Of a stretch of 64,000 nucleotides of DNA, positions 26,301 through 36,665 are shown one piece after another. How positions within the stretch are numbered: the stretch's first letter is position 1; every line of letters starts with the position of its first letter. Where the stretch lies: positions 32,001 through 96,000 of the forward strand of contig BTWA01000001.1 in NCBI GenBank assembly GCA_045863295.1, in the 5' to 3' direction. The position numbers were made by a program, and so were the translations under genes. The notes beneath the pieces were generated by a model. That model was not told where the DNA came from. It did not search any database and saw only the letters and a list, made by a program, of their open reading frames with translations. This DNA is from Candidatus Hydrogenedentota bacterium (GTDB lineage Bacteria; Hydrogenedentota; Hydrogenedentia; Hydrogenedentales; SLHB01).

Positions 26301-27920
26301 GTGACCACGCCACGCCGCCGCGACGCCCGCATCCGGGACCGCGCGGCGTTTTTGTTTTGCGCTGCCGTCCTGGGAATGGTCGTGGTTTACCCCGTCGCGC
26401 GGCTGATTGGGCAGGCCGTGGCCGGTTGGGACATGACCGCAATCACGGAACCGGTAGGCGTCCGGGCGATCCGCAATACCGTCGTGATGTCACTGCTCAC
26501 AGTGCTCTTCTCGGGGGTATTCGGTACAGCGTTGGCGGTGTGGTTTAGCCGGTACACGTTTCCTGGGCGAGACTGGGCCGCGGCGCTTGCCTATATGCCA
26601 TTTACGTTACCGCCTCTGGTCGGGGTGCTGAGCTTCTATTACCTCATTGGCCGCGACGGATTTGTACCGCGTGCCCTGGAGCGGTACCTTGGTTTCGAAG
26701 ACGTCTACCTGGAAGGGCCGTGGGCTATCCTGGCTATTCACACGTACTCCTTTTTCGTTTTCTTTTACGCGATGGTGTCTGCCTCCCTGGACTCCATGGA
26801 TCGGTCGCTGGTGGAGGCCGCGCGAAGCCTCGGTGCAACTCCACTGCGCGCGTTCTTCAAAGTGACTCTGCCGTTGCTGCGCCCTGCATTGTTGGGTGCG
26901 GCCACGCTTACGTTCATGTCGTCCGGCGCGTCGTTCAGCGCGCCCCTCATCTTTGGCAATCAGTATCCGATGTTAAGTGTCCGCATTTTCGAGGAACGCG
27001 AACAGCACCACGACGCAGCCGCGGTAACGCTGACCGTGGCGCTGGCCGCTGTTTCCCTGCTGGCGCTGCTTCTCTTTCGATCGCGATCCCGGCCCGTGTC
27101 CGGCGCGTCGAAAGGCGTGCGCGTTCCCATTCGCACGGCGGGGGCGCGCCTGATCGCGGCATTGCTATCCTGGGGCATTGCACTGGTTCTCATTGTACCC
27201 CACTTAACGATACTGCTCATGTCAATTGTCGATCATCGCTCCTGGCACGACGAAGTTTTTCCCGTTCGTTATACTTTTGAAAACTACGCGGGCCTTGTTC
27301 GCGAACCGGGCATGTTTGCGCCGATACGCAACAGCTTCTGGATGAGTGCGATTGCGGCGGCTATCACGCTGGCGGTGGCCGCTCCCGCCTCGTATCTCAT
27401 TGGCCGGCGCCGCCGAGGCGGATCAATTATCAATTTGATTGCCATGACCCCTTGGGCACTGCCCGGCACTGTTATCGCCGTGAGTCTGATTGTGGCGTTC
27501 AACGAGGCATGGATGCCGCTAGCAGGGACCATCTGGCTTATTCCCATCGCTTACGTAATCCGAGGTATACCTTTGGTCACCCGTATGACGACCGCATCCG
27601 TGGAAGTTTTCGACGGCACGCTCATGGAGGCGGGCCGGACTCTGGGAGGGTCTCCGTGGTACTGTTTCCGGCGAGTGGCCGTGCCCTTGCTTCTCCCGGC
27701 CATTGCCGCGGCCATGGCACTTTCATTCGCTACAAACCTTGGTGAGTTTGTGGCCTCCATTTTGTTGTGGGTTCCGTCCAATACACCCATCTCGGTGCAG
27801 ATCAACATGGTCTGGCGCGGATCCGGGATTGGCATGGCGTTCGCCTACAGTGTGCTGCTGATGATTTTCGCCGTGGTTACGTTTGTCGCGTCACGGCGAT
27901 TTGCATCCCCGTTGCGGTGA
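26301..27920 (+). CDS. ABC transporter permease, FbpB/ThiP type (two fused TMDs)
   Basis: Two EAA loops (SLVEAARSLGA and TLMEAGRTLGG), RYTFPGR, PWALPGTVIA. Confidence 0.9.
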   Translation: MTTPRRRDARIRDRAAFLFCAAVLGMVVVYPVARLIGQAVAGWDMTAITEPVGVRAIRNTVVMSLLTVLFSGVFGTALAVWFSRYTFPGRDWAAALAYMPFTLPPLVGVLSFYYLIGRDGFVPRALERYLGFEDVYLEGPWAILAIHTYSFFVFFYAMVSASLDSMDRSLVEAARSLGATPLRAFFKVTLPLLRPALLGAATLTFMSSGASFSAPLIFGNQYPMLSVRIFEEREQHHDAAAVTLTVALAAVSLLALLLFRSRSRPVSGASKGVRVPIRTAGARLIAALLSWGIALVLIVPHLTILLMSIVDHRSWHDEVFPVRYTFENYAGLVREPGMFAPIRNSFWMSAIAAAITLAVAAPASYLIGRRRRGGSIINLIAMTPWALPGTVIAVSLIVAFNEAWMPLAGTIWLIPIAYVIRGIPLVTRMTTASVEVFDGTLMEAGRTLGGSPWYCFRRVAVPLLLPAIAAAMALSFATNLGEFVASILLWVPSNTPISVQINMVWRGSGIGMAFAYSVLLMIFAVVTFVASRRFASPLR

Positions 27921-27954
27921 ATGCCATGCTCACGTCAGGTATGGATTCGCACGC

Positions 27955-28683
27955 ATGAAAATCATCTTATTCGGCGCCGAGGCTCACGAGTTGCAGGATC
28001 CCGTTTCCCGGCACGGTCAATTTGAAGTAGTGGAAACCGATCCCGATGTGGTTGTTTGTTTTGGGGGCGACGGCACGTTGTTGTCAGCGGAACATCGATG
28101 GCCGGGTATACCCAAAGTGCCGATACGAAACAGCCGGCGAGGCGTGCGTTGCATTTCGTTCCCGCCTGAAGACGTATTGGAAAGGCTCGCGGCGAATCAA
28201 CTGCACCGAAGCGAGTTTTTGAAACTTCAATGCCTTGTTCGGAACGGCGTTCGGAGCGGGGAAATCCACACGGCCATGAACGAATTCAACGTTCACATGG
28301 GCCATATCAATTCCGCCGTGCGATTTCAGTTGTGGCTAAACGGCGAAGCGTTTGCCGGCGGCACGGAAATCATTGGCGACGGATTGGTCATCAGCACGCC
28401 ATTCGGCAGTACGGCCTATTACAATCAAATCACCCGAGGCATTTTCTTCTCGGGTCTTGGCATCGCGTTCAAGAATACATTGGACTTGACGAACCACGTG
28501 GTGACCTACGAAACAACCGAAGTGCGCGTATTGATTACGCGCGGCCCCGCTATCCTTGGCTACGACAATGCGCCAGAATACAGACCTCTCACGCAAGGCG
28601 ACGAACTCATCGTATGCAAACATCCCCAACCCGCGGTCATTCTCACATGGGAAGCACTGACGCACCCCTCCGACAATTTTTAA
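27955..28683 (+). CDS. NAD(+) kinase family protein
   Basis: VVVCFGGDGTLL, AMNEF, GDGLVISTPFGSTAY. Confidence 0.85.
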   Translation: MKIILFGAEAHELQDPVSRHGQFEVVETDPDVVVCFGGDGTLLSAEHRWPGIPKVPIRNSRRGVRCISFPPEDVLERLAANQLHRSEFLKLQCLVRNGVRSGEIHTAMNEFNVHMGHINSAVRFQLWLNGEAFAGGTEIIGDGLVISTPFGSTAYYNQITRGIFFSGLGIAFKNTLDLTNHVVTYETTEVRVLITRGPAILGYDNAPEYRPLTQGDELIVCKHPQPAVILTWEALTHPSDNF

Positions 28684-28726
28684 TGAAGACAGCGAATTCA
28701 GGGGCGCCGAGTGTGCAAGCAGTTTC

Positions 28727-29773
28727 TCAGACGAATCTTTGCCGGATATAAAATCCCGCGACCAGCAACAATGCGGCACACCCTGTAAAGAAGGCAACCC
28801 GCACGAGGTGGGATCGCGGCGCGTCTCCGGACATGGCCACTGTGGTTTCGGCCGCCTGTGCGATCGGCCCGCTTGACTCCATTGCGGTGGCTTGCGTTTC
28901 TCTCGTTTCAACCGCCATAGTCGCATTTGCCGCGACTGCCGGTTTCGGCACTTCAGGTTGGGCCACATCATCGACCGGCGCCAAGTCCTGGTTCTCAATC
29001 GTTTCGCGAAATTGTTCGACCAGTTCCCTGTGGCGCGCCATCAATTCCGGATACTTTTCCATCATTTTCTCCAGCGCGGCCATTCGTCCTTCGCGGGTGG
29101 TCTCCTTGCGGATGGCCTCGCCCATAAGCGAGGCGGCTGCCGCATCTTGCAAGTTGATCGCGTTGCTGCCTTCGCCGTAGTAGCCGGAAGGATTCCTCGG
29201 ACGGTATTTCAACATCTGCTCATACAGATCGCGGGCAGTGTCCGTGTCCCCATTCAGTTCCGCCAGTTTCGCCAAGCCCTGTAGCCCTTCGAGTTGCATT
29301 GAGTCATCGTCGGGATACTGCGTCATCATTCGTTCATATAACGATCGCGCGTTCTCTGGATCGAGCGAAAGCGCGCGGTTGGCCGCCAGGCTAAAGACTT
29401 TCTTCATATAGTCATTGGAAGGGTCGTAGCGGTCAATCACGCCGAGGTACGTCTCGTACGCGGCCTGAAGATCGGGCGGTTGACCGGCCTCTGTGAGGTC
29501 CCACTCGTGAATTACGCCAATTTGCGTGGCCAATTGCACCGTTTTCGCCAAGTCGGGGTACTGGGCGATCAGGTTTTCGTATTGGGCGATCAGGGCGTCT
29601 TTACCTTCGGCGAGGGCTATTTCCCGGCCTTGCTCCCCCAGGAATTCGACCGTCTCGAAAAACGGCCCTTGGTCCACGGGCAGATCCTGAGCGAGAGTAT
29701 GCGGCACACGCACGCACACATACAGCGCCACGATCGCGAAGCGCAACCGCCGTTTGGAAAATAAGATGACCAT
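28727..29773 (-). CDS. Exported TPR-like helical-repeat protein with a C-terminal membrane anchor
   Basis: N-terminal signal-like segment, TPR-like ARSLYERMMTQYPD and LAKLAELNGDTDTARDLYEQML, low-complexity linker, C-terminal TM plus IRQRFV. Confidence 0.6.
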   Translation of the reverse strand: MVILFSKRRLRFAIVALYVCVRVPHTLAQDLPVDQGPFFETVEFLGEQGREIALAEGKDALIAQYENLIAQYPDLAKTVQLATQIGVIHEWDLTEAGQPPDLQAAYETYLGVIDRYDPSNDYMKKVFSLAANRALSLDPENARSLYERMMTQYPDDDSMQLEGLQGLAKLAELNGDTDTARDLYEQMLKYRPRNPSGYYGEGSNAINLQDAAAASLMGEAIRKETTREGRMAALEKMMEKYPELMARHRELVEQFRETIENQDLAPVDDVAQPEVPKPAVAANATMAVETRETQATAMESSGPIAQAAETTVAMSGDAPRSHLVRVAFFTGCAALLLVAGFYIRQRFV

Positions 29774-29922
29774 AGCCGGTATAATAGAGAGTCCTGCTCT
29801 CCTGATAAATACCCGGTCCTTGGACAAACGTTTCGCCGTTGTCCCTGCTTGGAATTGCGGTCACCGCTTCACCGGCGGTTCAAAAGTTGGTAGACTGGGC
29901 TGAACCATGGGGGATTGAATCC

Positions 29923-30555
29923 ATGTTACATGAGTTGGACGGCGCGGGCGAGCGGCTGCGCGATCGAAACGCCGGCTGGGTCGCCCGGCGCGACAGCGCC
30001 GAATTCCTTGGAGCAGTGGCGGTCCGCTCCCTGACCATCCTGGCAGAATTCCGGGAAGAGATGGATGTGGACGTCCGGCGATCCGTCGAAAAAGTCATGG
30101 GCGAGGCTAGTGCGGCGCTGGCGGGCATTGAGCCGAAACCCATTGACAAACACTTCACCGTAGAGGAACTGGCCCAAGCATGCGCTAAAGGCGAAGAGCG
30201 CGTGGTGAATGCAATGGAAAGCGGCTATGAAGTGCAGGTTCATCTGAAGAGTGGTCGCAATCAACGTGTCTACATTGAGCAGGACGATGGCAAGGACGGC
30301 ATCAAAATCATACGGGTATTCACCCGGTGCGGGCCGCCCCGAGAGGATGCATTTGTGTGGGCTCTGCGCGCCAACTCGAAGTTGGTGCATAGCGCCCTCG
30401 CCCTCGAGAAGGGCGAAAACGGGCCGACGCTGATCCTTGTGAAGTGCTTTCTGGAAGGCGAGGTGACGCCGCGCGAAATGCGGTCCGCCGTAAAAGAGAT
30501 TGCTTATTATGGCGACTGGGTCGAGTCGAAGATGACCGGTCTGGACGAACTGTAG
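29923..30555 (+). CDS. Hypothetical protein with a C-terminal YbjN/chaperone-like domain
   Basis: GRNQRVYIE...IRVFTRCGP...WALRANSKLVHSALAL...VKEIAYYGDWVESKMTGLDE resembles the domain often fused to Ser/Thr kinases. Start uncertain (29839-29923). Confidence 0.55.
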   Translation: MLHELDGAGERLRDRNAGWVARRDSAEFLGAVAVRSLTILAEFREEMDVDVRRSVEKVMGEASAALAGIEPKPIDKHFTVEELAQACAKGEERVVNAMESGYEVQVHLKSGRNQRVYIEQDDGKDGIKIIRVFTRCGPPREDAFVWALRANSKLVHSALALEKGENGPTLILVKCFLEGEVTPREMRSAVKEIAYYGDWVESKMTGLDEL

Positions 30556-30597
30556 CGGAACCCATGCGAAGACTATGCAAACCTCGGATCCATCCCC

Positions 30598-31275
30598 ATG
30601 AAGCGCGCTGTACTGGCCGTGTTGTTTTGCCTGGTCGCGATAGCGGCGCTGGCATTCACAATGGCGGACATTCAACTTGGAGCTGTGGAAGCCCAGAGCA
30701 GCACGGAGTTCACCCGGGCCAGCAATTTCAATGAGGATCTTTCCGACAGGGGCGACATTCACCGTATTTTCATGCATGTGGACAAGCAAACACCCCTCGC
30801 CAGCGCCTTTGCCTGGGAGTTGCGCCAAGCGTTGCAAAGCGAGGGCAACTTCACTGTGATTCAATTGGGCAGTCCCCCCGGCCCGGATGACTTCCCCGTG
30901 CTTCTCGCCCGGATACCGCAGGCCGACACATTCTGGACCCCGTTTTATTGCGGTGGTTCGGCGCGAATCGAAGCAAAGTATGCGTCATTTACCTCCAAGA
31001 TCTCGCTGGAGGACCGCGCCGGCATTGTGTTTGACGGCAATCCCGAGTTGGGGCGCCTGCCGATTCGAACGACTATGGACGTCACAACGAAAATCAGCGC
31101 AACCGGATTGTTGTCCCTCCCTGCCTACCGGCGCATCGTTACGCGCGAGGCCGCGCGAGCCATGGCTGAGTACCTTCGCACTAGCATCGACGAAATCACG
31201 CAAGAAGCCGCCGATTCGGTTCGAAAAGGGGATAATCCCGCGGTAGTCCGATCCGGCCAGACGACACCCCCCTGA
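30598..31275 (+). CDS. Exported or membrane-anchored hypothetical protein
   Basis: N-terminal MKRAVLAVLFCLVAIAALA; operon-like spacing with neighbours. Confidence 0.6.
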   Translation: MKRAVLAVLFCLVAIAALAFTMADIQLGAVEAQSSTEFTRASNFNEDLSDRGDIHRIFMHVDKQTPLASAFAWELRQALQSEGNFTVIQLGSPPGPDDFPVLLARIPQADTFWTPFYCGGSARIEAKYASFTSKISLEDRAGIVFDGNPELGRLPIRTTMDVTTKISATGLLSLPAYRRIVTREAARAMAEYLRTSIDEITQEAADSVRKGDNPAVVRSGQTTPP

Positions 31276-31276
31276 T

Positions 31277-31813
31277 ATGGACCCATCCCGGCTGTCGTCT
31301 TACACGATTCAACTGGCCGAACCCCACCATATTCCCGCGCTTCAGGCCGTGGAGCGTGCCGCGGCGTCCATCATCCCGTCCAAGTACCTGCCCGAGGCCA
31401 TTCGGGGCGACACGGTCGAGCCGGAACTTCACCTGCAGGGGCAGAAAGCAGGTACGCTTTGGGTCGCCTTGGAGCGTCAAGGGAATCCGGTCGGATTCCT
31501 GCTACTTCTAGAACTGGATGGCGACGCGTTCATCCGCGAGGTGGATGTGCATCCCGATTTCGGTCGACGGGGGATCGGCACGGCCCTTATTCATACTGCG
31601 GAAGCGTGGGCACGGGAACAGGGCTATACCGGCATGGTTTTAACAACGTATCGGGACATACCATGGAACGCTCCTTTTTACGCGAAACTTGGCTTTGAGA
31701 TCGTGGCTCCCATCGCTTTCACCCCCGCCATGAGCCGTCAATTTGAAGAGGAAGCCCGGTGGGGTCTGAACCTTTCCCTGCGGGTCTTCATGTGCAAACG
31801 CCTGATGGTCTAA
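31277..31813 (+). CDS. GNAT-family N-acetyltransferase
   Basis: FIREVDVHPDFGRRGIGTALI, MVLTTYRDIPWNAPFYAKLGF. Confidence 0.9.
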   Translation: MDPSRLSSYTIQLAEPHHIPALQAVERAAASIIPSKYLPEAIRGDTVEPELHLQGQKAGTLWVALERQGNPVGFLLLLELDGDAFIREVDVHPDFGRRGIGTALIHTAEAWAREQGYTGMVLTTYRDIPWNAPFYAKLGFEIVAPIAFTPAMSRQFEEEARWGLNLSLRVFMCKRLMV

Positions 31814-31823
31814 GGCAACGTCG

Positions 31824-31852
31824 TTTAATGGCTCTTCCGAATTTGTTATAAT
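31824..31852 (+). promoter_or_regulatory. Sigma70 promoter with extended -10 for greA-carB
   Basis: TTTAAT (31824-31829), 17 nt, TATAAT (31847-31852), with a TG extension at 31844-31845. Confidence 0.6.
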
Positions 31853-31968
31853 AGTCGGTTAAGAGACGTAGTCAAATTCATGTAAATCATGATGGCGAAA
31901 GAAGTTGCGACGACCGATGCATGTCGGCCGGGCGTACTCTTGCGCCCGAGGGTAGGGTGACGTTTGTT

Positions 31969-32436
31969 ATGAGCCGATTGAACGTGAGTCCGGAAGGACT
32001 TCAAAAGCTGAAAGATGAATTGGAAGCCTGCCAGAAGCGCAAGATGGAAGTGGCCGCCATCATTGAGCATGCGCGCAGCTTTGGCGACTTGCGCGAAAAT
32101 GCGGATTACCATGCCGCCAAAGAAGAGCAGGCCATGTTGCACGCTCGAATTCGTGACATTGGAGACAAGATTGCGCGGTCCGTTGTCATCGAACACGACA
32201 AAATTGACGGCAACAAAGCCCTTATAGGCGCCACGGTAAAGGTGCGCAACAAGAAGACCAATAAAGACACGGTTTTTATTCTGGTCAGTCCAGTGGAGGC
32301 CGACGCAACGACCGGGAAAATCTCGGTACGGTCACCCGTGGGTGAGGCACTCCTTGGGAAAGAAGTTGGCGAAGTGGCCGTGGCCAAGGTCCCGGCCGGC
32401 AACCTTGAATTCGAGATTTTGGAAATCAGCCGCTGA
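31969..32436 (+). CDS. greA: Transcription elongation factor GreA
   Basis: EGLQKLKDELE, ARSFGDLRENADYHAAKEEQ, GKISVRSPVGEALLGK. Confidence 0.95.
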   Translation: MSRLNVSPEGLQKLKDELEACQKRKMEVAAIIEHARSFGDLRENADYHAAKEEQAMLHARIRDIGDKIARSVVIEHDKIDGNKALIGATVKVRNKKTNKDTVFILVSPVEADATTGKISVRSPVGEALLGKEVGEVAVAKVPAGNLEFEILEISR

Positions 32437-32536
32437 CCGGCGCTGTCTCGCCGTTCAATCGATTGATTGGTGTTCACTCGTAGGGGTGAGGTGTATCCAG
32501 ACGGGCACAGGCACGTCAAAGGTGTAAAGCAGATCC

Positions 32537-35500
32537 ATGCCGAAACGGACAGACATTCAGAAAATTTTCATCATCGGGTCGGGGCCCATTGTTATAGGTC
32601 AGGCTTGCGAGTTTGACTATTCCGGAACCCAGGCGTGTAAAGCGCTTCGCGAGGAAGGCTACGAAGTCATCCTGGCCAACAGCAATCCCGCCACGATTAT
32701 GACCGATCCGGAAACGGCGGACCGCACGTATATTGAACCGCTCACTGTCGACACTTTGGAGCGAATCATTGAGCGCGAACGCCCCGATGCCGTGCTTCCC
32801 ACCGTGGGCGGCCAGACCGGCCTGAATCTGGCGGTCGCGCTCGCGGAACGGGGCATCCTGGAAAAATACGGCTGCGAACTGATCGGGGCCAAGCTCGATG
32901 CCATCAAGCGTGCGGAGGACCGGGGTCTCTTCCGGGACACGATGCTGGCCTGCGGACTTGATTTGCCGGAAAGCCTTGTCGTTCATACCCTTGAGGAAGC
33001 GCGCGAATTCGGCGCAAAGCTCAATTATAAGGCGATTATTCGGCCCGCCTTCACCTTGGGAGGAAGCGGCGCCGGCGTTTCATTCAACAAAGACGAGTTT
33101 GAAGACGTTGTCAAGTGGGGCCTCGAATGCAGTCCGGTCACCGAGGTGCTTGTTGAAGAGAGCGTGCTCGGGTGGAAAGAGTACGAATTGGAGGTCATGC
33201 GCGATCTCAACGATAACGTCGTGATCATCTGTTCGATTGAAAACTTTGATCCCATGGGCGTGCATACCGGCGACAGCATCACCGTTGCCCCAGCCCAGAC
33301 CTTGACGGACAAGGAATACCAGGTCATGCGCGATGCGGCCATCACCGTGATTCGCGCGATCGGTGTTGAAACCGGGGGGTCCAATATTCAGTTTGCGGTG
33401 AACCCCGCGGACGGCCGCCTGGTTGTCATCGAAATGAATCCGCGCGTGTCGCGCAGCTCGGCGTTGGCATCGAAGGCCACTGGTTTCCCGATTGCCAAGA
33501 TTGCCGCCAAGCTTGCTGTTGGGTACACGCTCGACGAGATACCCAACGATATTACCCGCGAGACCCCCGCCTCTTTCGAACCCACCATTGACTACGTGGT
33601 GACGAAGATTCCGCGTTGGGCCTTCGAGAAGTTTCCTGGATCCAAACCCGAATTGACCGTGCAGATGAAGAGTGTCGGCGAGGCCATGAGTATTGGCCGC
33701 ACTTTTAAGGAATCACTTCAAAAGGGGTTGCGTTCGCTCGAAATAGGCCGGTTTGGCCTCGGTGCGGACGGCAAAGACAAGCCGTTGACGGAGGGTTCTG
33801 TCGCGGAAGAAAAAGAGGCGCTGCTGCGATACGTGCGAGTGCCGCGCCCCGATCGCATGCTGCGGCTCGCGCAGGCAATCCGGGCTGGCGCTACTGTGGA
33901 GGAGTTGCACGCCAACACCGCGATTGATCCCTGGTTTCTTCGCCACTTGAAAGAAATTGTCGAGGAAGAATCCATTCTCCGCGCGACGAACCCAGCCGAT
34001 TCAGCCGCCATGCGGCGCGCCAAGGAAATGGGTTTTTCCGACGTGCAGCTTGCGCATCTCTGGAGCACCACACCCGCGGCCGTGCGCGAGGCGCGTAAAA
34101 GCCAGGGCATCGTTCCCAATTATAAGCTAGTGGATACCTGCGCGGCGGAATTCGAGGCGTATACGCCCTACTACTATTCGGCCTACGGTGACGACGATGA
34201 AGTGCGGCCGCAATCCCGCGACAGCATCATGATTATCGGTGGCGGCCCCAACCGCATCGGGCAAGGCATCGAATTCGATTATTGCTGCTGCCATGCGGCG
34301 TTCGCCCTCAAAGAGGACGGCTACGAGACCATTATGGTCAACAGCAATCCCGAAACCGTCTCCACCGATTACGACACGTCGGACCGGCTTTACTTCGAAC
34401 CGGTGACCTTCGAAGACGTGCTGAACATCGTCGAGCGCGAAAAGCCCAAGGGCGTCATTGTGCAGTTTGGCGGTCAGACTCCACTGAACCTTGCCATGTC
34501 CCTGTGGAACGCGGGTGTGCCCATCATTGGAACCAGCCCCAAGAGCATTGCGTGTGCGGAAGATCGCAAGGAATTTCGCGAGGTGGTGCAGAAGTTGGGG
34601 CTTGTGCAACCGTCCAATGACACGGCAACAAGTCTCGAAGAAGCGCGTGCCGTTGCGGATTCGATCGGCTATCCTGTGGTGGTGCGGCCGTCGTTCGTAC
34701 TCGGCGGCCGCGCGATGGAAATCGTGTACAACCAGTCCTCGCTGGATCGGTATATGACCCATGCCGTCGAGGCGTCGCCTGAACATCCCGTGCTTATCGA
34801 CAAGTTTCTGGAGAGCGCGATCGAAATCGATGTCGATGCGCTTGGCGACGGCGTTGACGTCGTTGTGGCCGGAATCATGCAGCATATTGAAGAGGCCGGT
34901 GTGCATTCCGGCGACAGCGCGTGCATCTTGCCTCCCTACGACCTTGATCCCGGTATCATCGAGCGCATCAAGGAGCAGACTCGGGCCCTGGCGCGCGAAC
35001 TCAAAGTGATTGGCCTGATGAATGTGCAGTTCGCCGTCGTTGACGAGACCATTTATATCTTGGAAGTCAACCCTCGGGCCTCGCGTACCGTGCCGTTTGT
35101 GAGCAAAGCCACCGGCATTCCGTTGGCAAAGATAGCCGCGCGTGTGATGGCGGGGAAAACCCTTCGTGAGTTGGGTCTCTTCACCGATCCGGAACCGGCG
35201 TACGTGAGCGCCAAGGAAGTCGTGCTGCCGTTCATCAAGTTTCCGGGCGTCGACATACTGCTCGGGCCGGAAATGCGCAGCACAGGTGAAGTCATGGGCA
35301 TTGATCGATCCATGGGGCTCGCTTTTGCCAAGAGTCAGATCGCGGCGGGCAATCAGGTACCCATGGAAGGCACCGTATTCCTCAGTTTGAACGACCGCGA
35401 CAAAGCCAAAATGGATGACCTTGGGAAGCAACTGATCGAGTTGGGATTTCGAATCGTGGCTACGCAAGGCACCGCGGATTGTCTGAAGGCGCAGGGCCTT

Positions 35501-35788
35501 CCCGTCGATACCGTGTATAAAGTCGGCGAGGCCCGGCCCAACGTCGTCGACCTGATGATTAACGGCGAAATCGATTGGATAATTAATACGCCCTTGGGCG
35601 TGGCGTCAAAATACGACGAACAGGCCATACGCAGGAACGCACTCGAACGCGGACTCCCTACCATGACCACGCTGGCCGCCGCACGCGCCTCCGTGAAAGC
35701 CATCCGGGAACTTCGCGCCGGCAAGACAGAAGTGCGGTCTTTGCAGGAATACCACACCGAAGTGGCGGGTCTAGCCTCTGCCGGATAG
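32537..35788 (+). CDS. carB: Carbamoyl-phosphate synthase large subunit
   Basis: [34 protein letters not shown], duplicated ATP-grasp halves, [18 protein letters not shown]-terminal MGS domain. Confidence 0.99.
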   Translation: MPKRTDIQKIFIIGSGPIVIGQACEFDYSGTQACKALREEGYEVILANSNPATIMTDPETADRTYIEPLTVDTLERIIERERPDAVLPTVGGQTGLNLAVALAERGILEKYGCELIGAKLDAIKRAEDRGLFRDTMLACGLDLPESLVVHTLEEAREFGAKLNYKAIIRPAFTLGGSGAGVSFNKDEFEDVVKWGLECSPVTEVLVEESVLGWKEYELEVMRDLNDNVVIICSIENFDPMGVHTGDSITVAPAQTLTDKEYQVMRDAAITVIRAIGVETGGSNIQFAVNPADGRLVVIEMNPRVSRSSALASKATGFPIAKIAAKLAVGYTLDEIPNDITRETPASFEPTIDYVVTKIPRWAFEKFPGSKPELTVQMKSVGEAMSIGRTFKESLQKGLRSLEIGRFGLGADGKDKPLTEGSVAEEKEALLRYVRVPRPDRMLRLAQAIRAGATVEELHANTAIDPWFLRHLKEIVEEESILRATNPADSAAMRRAKEMGFSDVQLAHLWSTTPAAVREARKSQGIVPNYKLVDTCAAEFEAYTPYYYSAYGDDDEVRPQSRDSIMIIGGGPNRIGQGIEFDYCCCHAAFALKEDGYETIMVNSNPETVSTDYDTSDRLYFEPVTFEDVLNIVEREKPKGVIVQFGGQTPLNLAMSLWNAGVPIIGTSPKSIACAEDRKEFREVVQKLGLVQPSNDTATSLEEARAVADSIGYPVVVRPSFVLGGRAMEIVYNQSSLDRYMTHAVEASPEHPVLIDKFLESAIEIDVDALGDGVDVVVAGIMQHIEEAGVHSGDSACILPPYDLDPGIIERIKEQTRALARELKVIGLMNVQFAVVDETIYILEVNPRASRTVPFVSKATGIPLAKIAARVMAGKTLRELGLFTDPEPAYVSAKEVVLPFIKFPGVDILLGPEMRSTGEVMGIDRSMGLAFAKSQIAAGNQVPMEGTVFLSLNDRDKAKMDDLGKQLIELGFRIVATQGTADCLKAQGLPVDTVYKVGEARPNVVDLMINGEIDWIINTPLGVASKYDEQAIRRNALERGLPTMTTLAAARASVKAIRELRAGKTEVRSLQEYHTEVAGLASAG

Positions 35789-35816
35789 GCAACGCGACGT
35801 CGAGAGGAGTTCACAC

Positions 35817-36665
35817 GTGGACCCATCCCAGGGTTGCCTGTACGTCGTGGCAACGCCCATAGGCAACCTCGAAGATGTGACGCATCGCGCGTTGCGCGTA
35901 CTCCGCGAGGCGGATCTGATTGCCGCTGAAGACACGCGCCACACCCGCAAGCTTCTGAATCACTACGAAATCGGGACACCGGTAACCAGTTACCACGACC
36001 ACAACGAAGCCACCAAAGCGGAAAGCCTGGTGATGGATATTCAGTCCGGCAAGCGGATTGCGCTGGTGACCGACGCGGGCACGCCTTGCATATCCGATCC
36101 GGGGTACCGGCTGGTCCGGCTATGCCATGAAGAACGCCTACCGGTAGTGGCAGTGCCGGGGCCTTGCGCGGCCGTGGCCGCACTGTCCATTGCGGGCCTG
36201 CCGGCGAGCACGTTCACGTTTCACGGTTTCTTTCCACGCAAAGCGTCCGATGCCTCAGCGCTGCTCACCGCAATTGCGGCTGTTCCAGGTACCCACGTCT
36301 TCTACGAGGCTCCGAACCGCCTGGCCGCGACGTTACACGAGGTGGCGGCCCGTTGGCCCGATACGGATGTCTATGTGGCGCGGGAATTGACGAAGCTGCA
36401 CGAAGAACTGATGCGCGGTCCCGCCCTCGAAATAGCGCGGCGGTGCAGGGAAAGCGAAGTCCGCGGAGAGTGTGTCGTGATCGTGGCCGTACCTCCGCCG
36501 CCGGCCCAAGCGGTTCCCGACGAAGCGGGTCTTCGCGCGGAGGTCGAGTGGGTTATGACCACCCGCGCCGTTTCGCGCCGTGACGCCGTGCGAGAGATAG
36601 CCGGCAAGTACGGCATTGCGCGCAAGGCGGTCTACGCCGCCGCCGTGCTAGAATCGGATTCATGA
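35817..36665 (+). CDS. rsmI: 16S rRNA (cytidine1402-2'-O)-methyltransferase
   Basis: LYVVATPIGNLEDVTHRA, IAAEDTRHT, LVTDAGTPCISDPG, ARELTKLHEE. Confidence 0.96.
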   Translation: MDPSQGCLYVVATPIGNLEDVTHRALRVLREADLIAAEDTRHTRKLLNHYEIGTPVTSYHDHNEATKAESLVMDIQSGKRIALVTDAGTPCISDPGYRLVRLCHEERLPVVAVPGPCAAVAALSIAGLPASTFTFHGFFPRKASDASALLTAIAAVPGTHVFYEAPNRLAATLHEVAARWPDTDVYVARELTKLHEELMRGPALEIARRCRESEVRGECVVIVAVPPPPAQAVPDEAGLRAEVEWVMTTRAVSRRDAVREIAGKYGIARKAVYAAAVLESDS

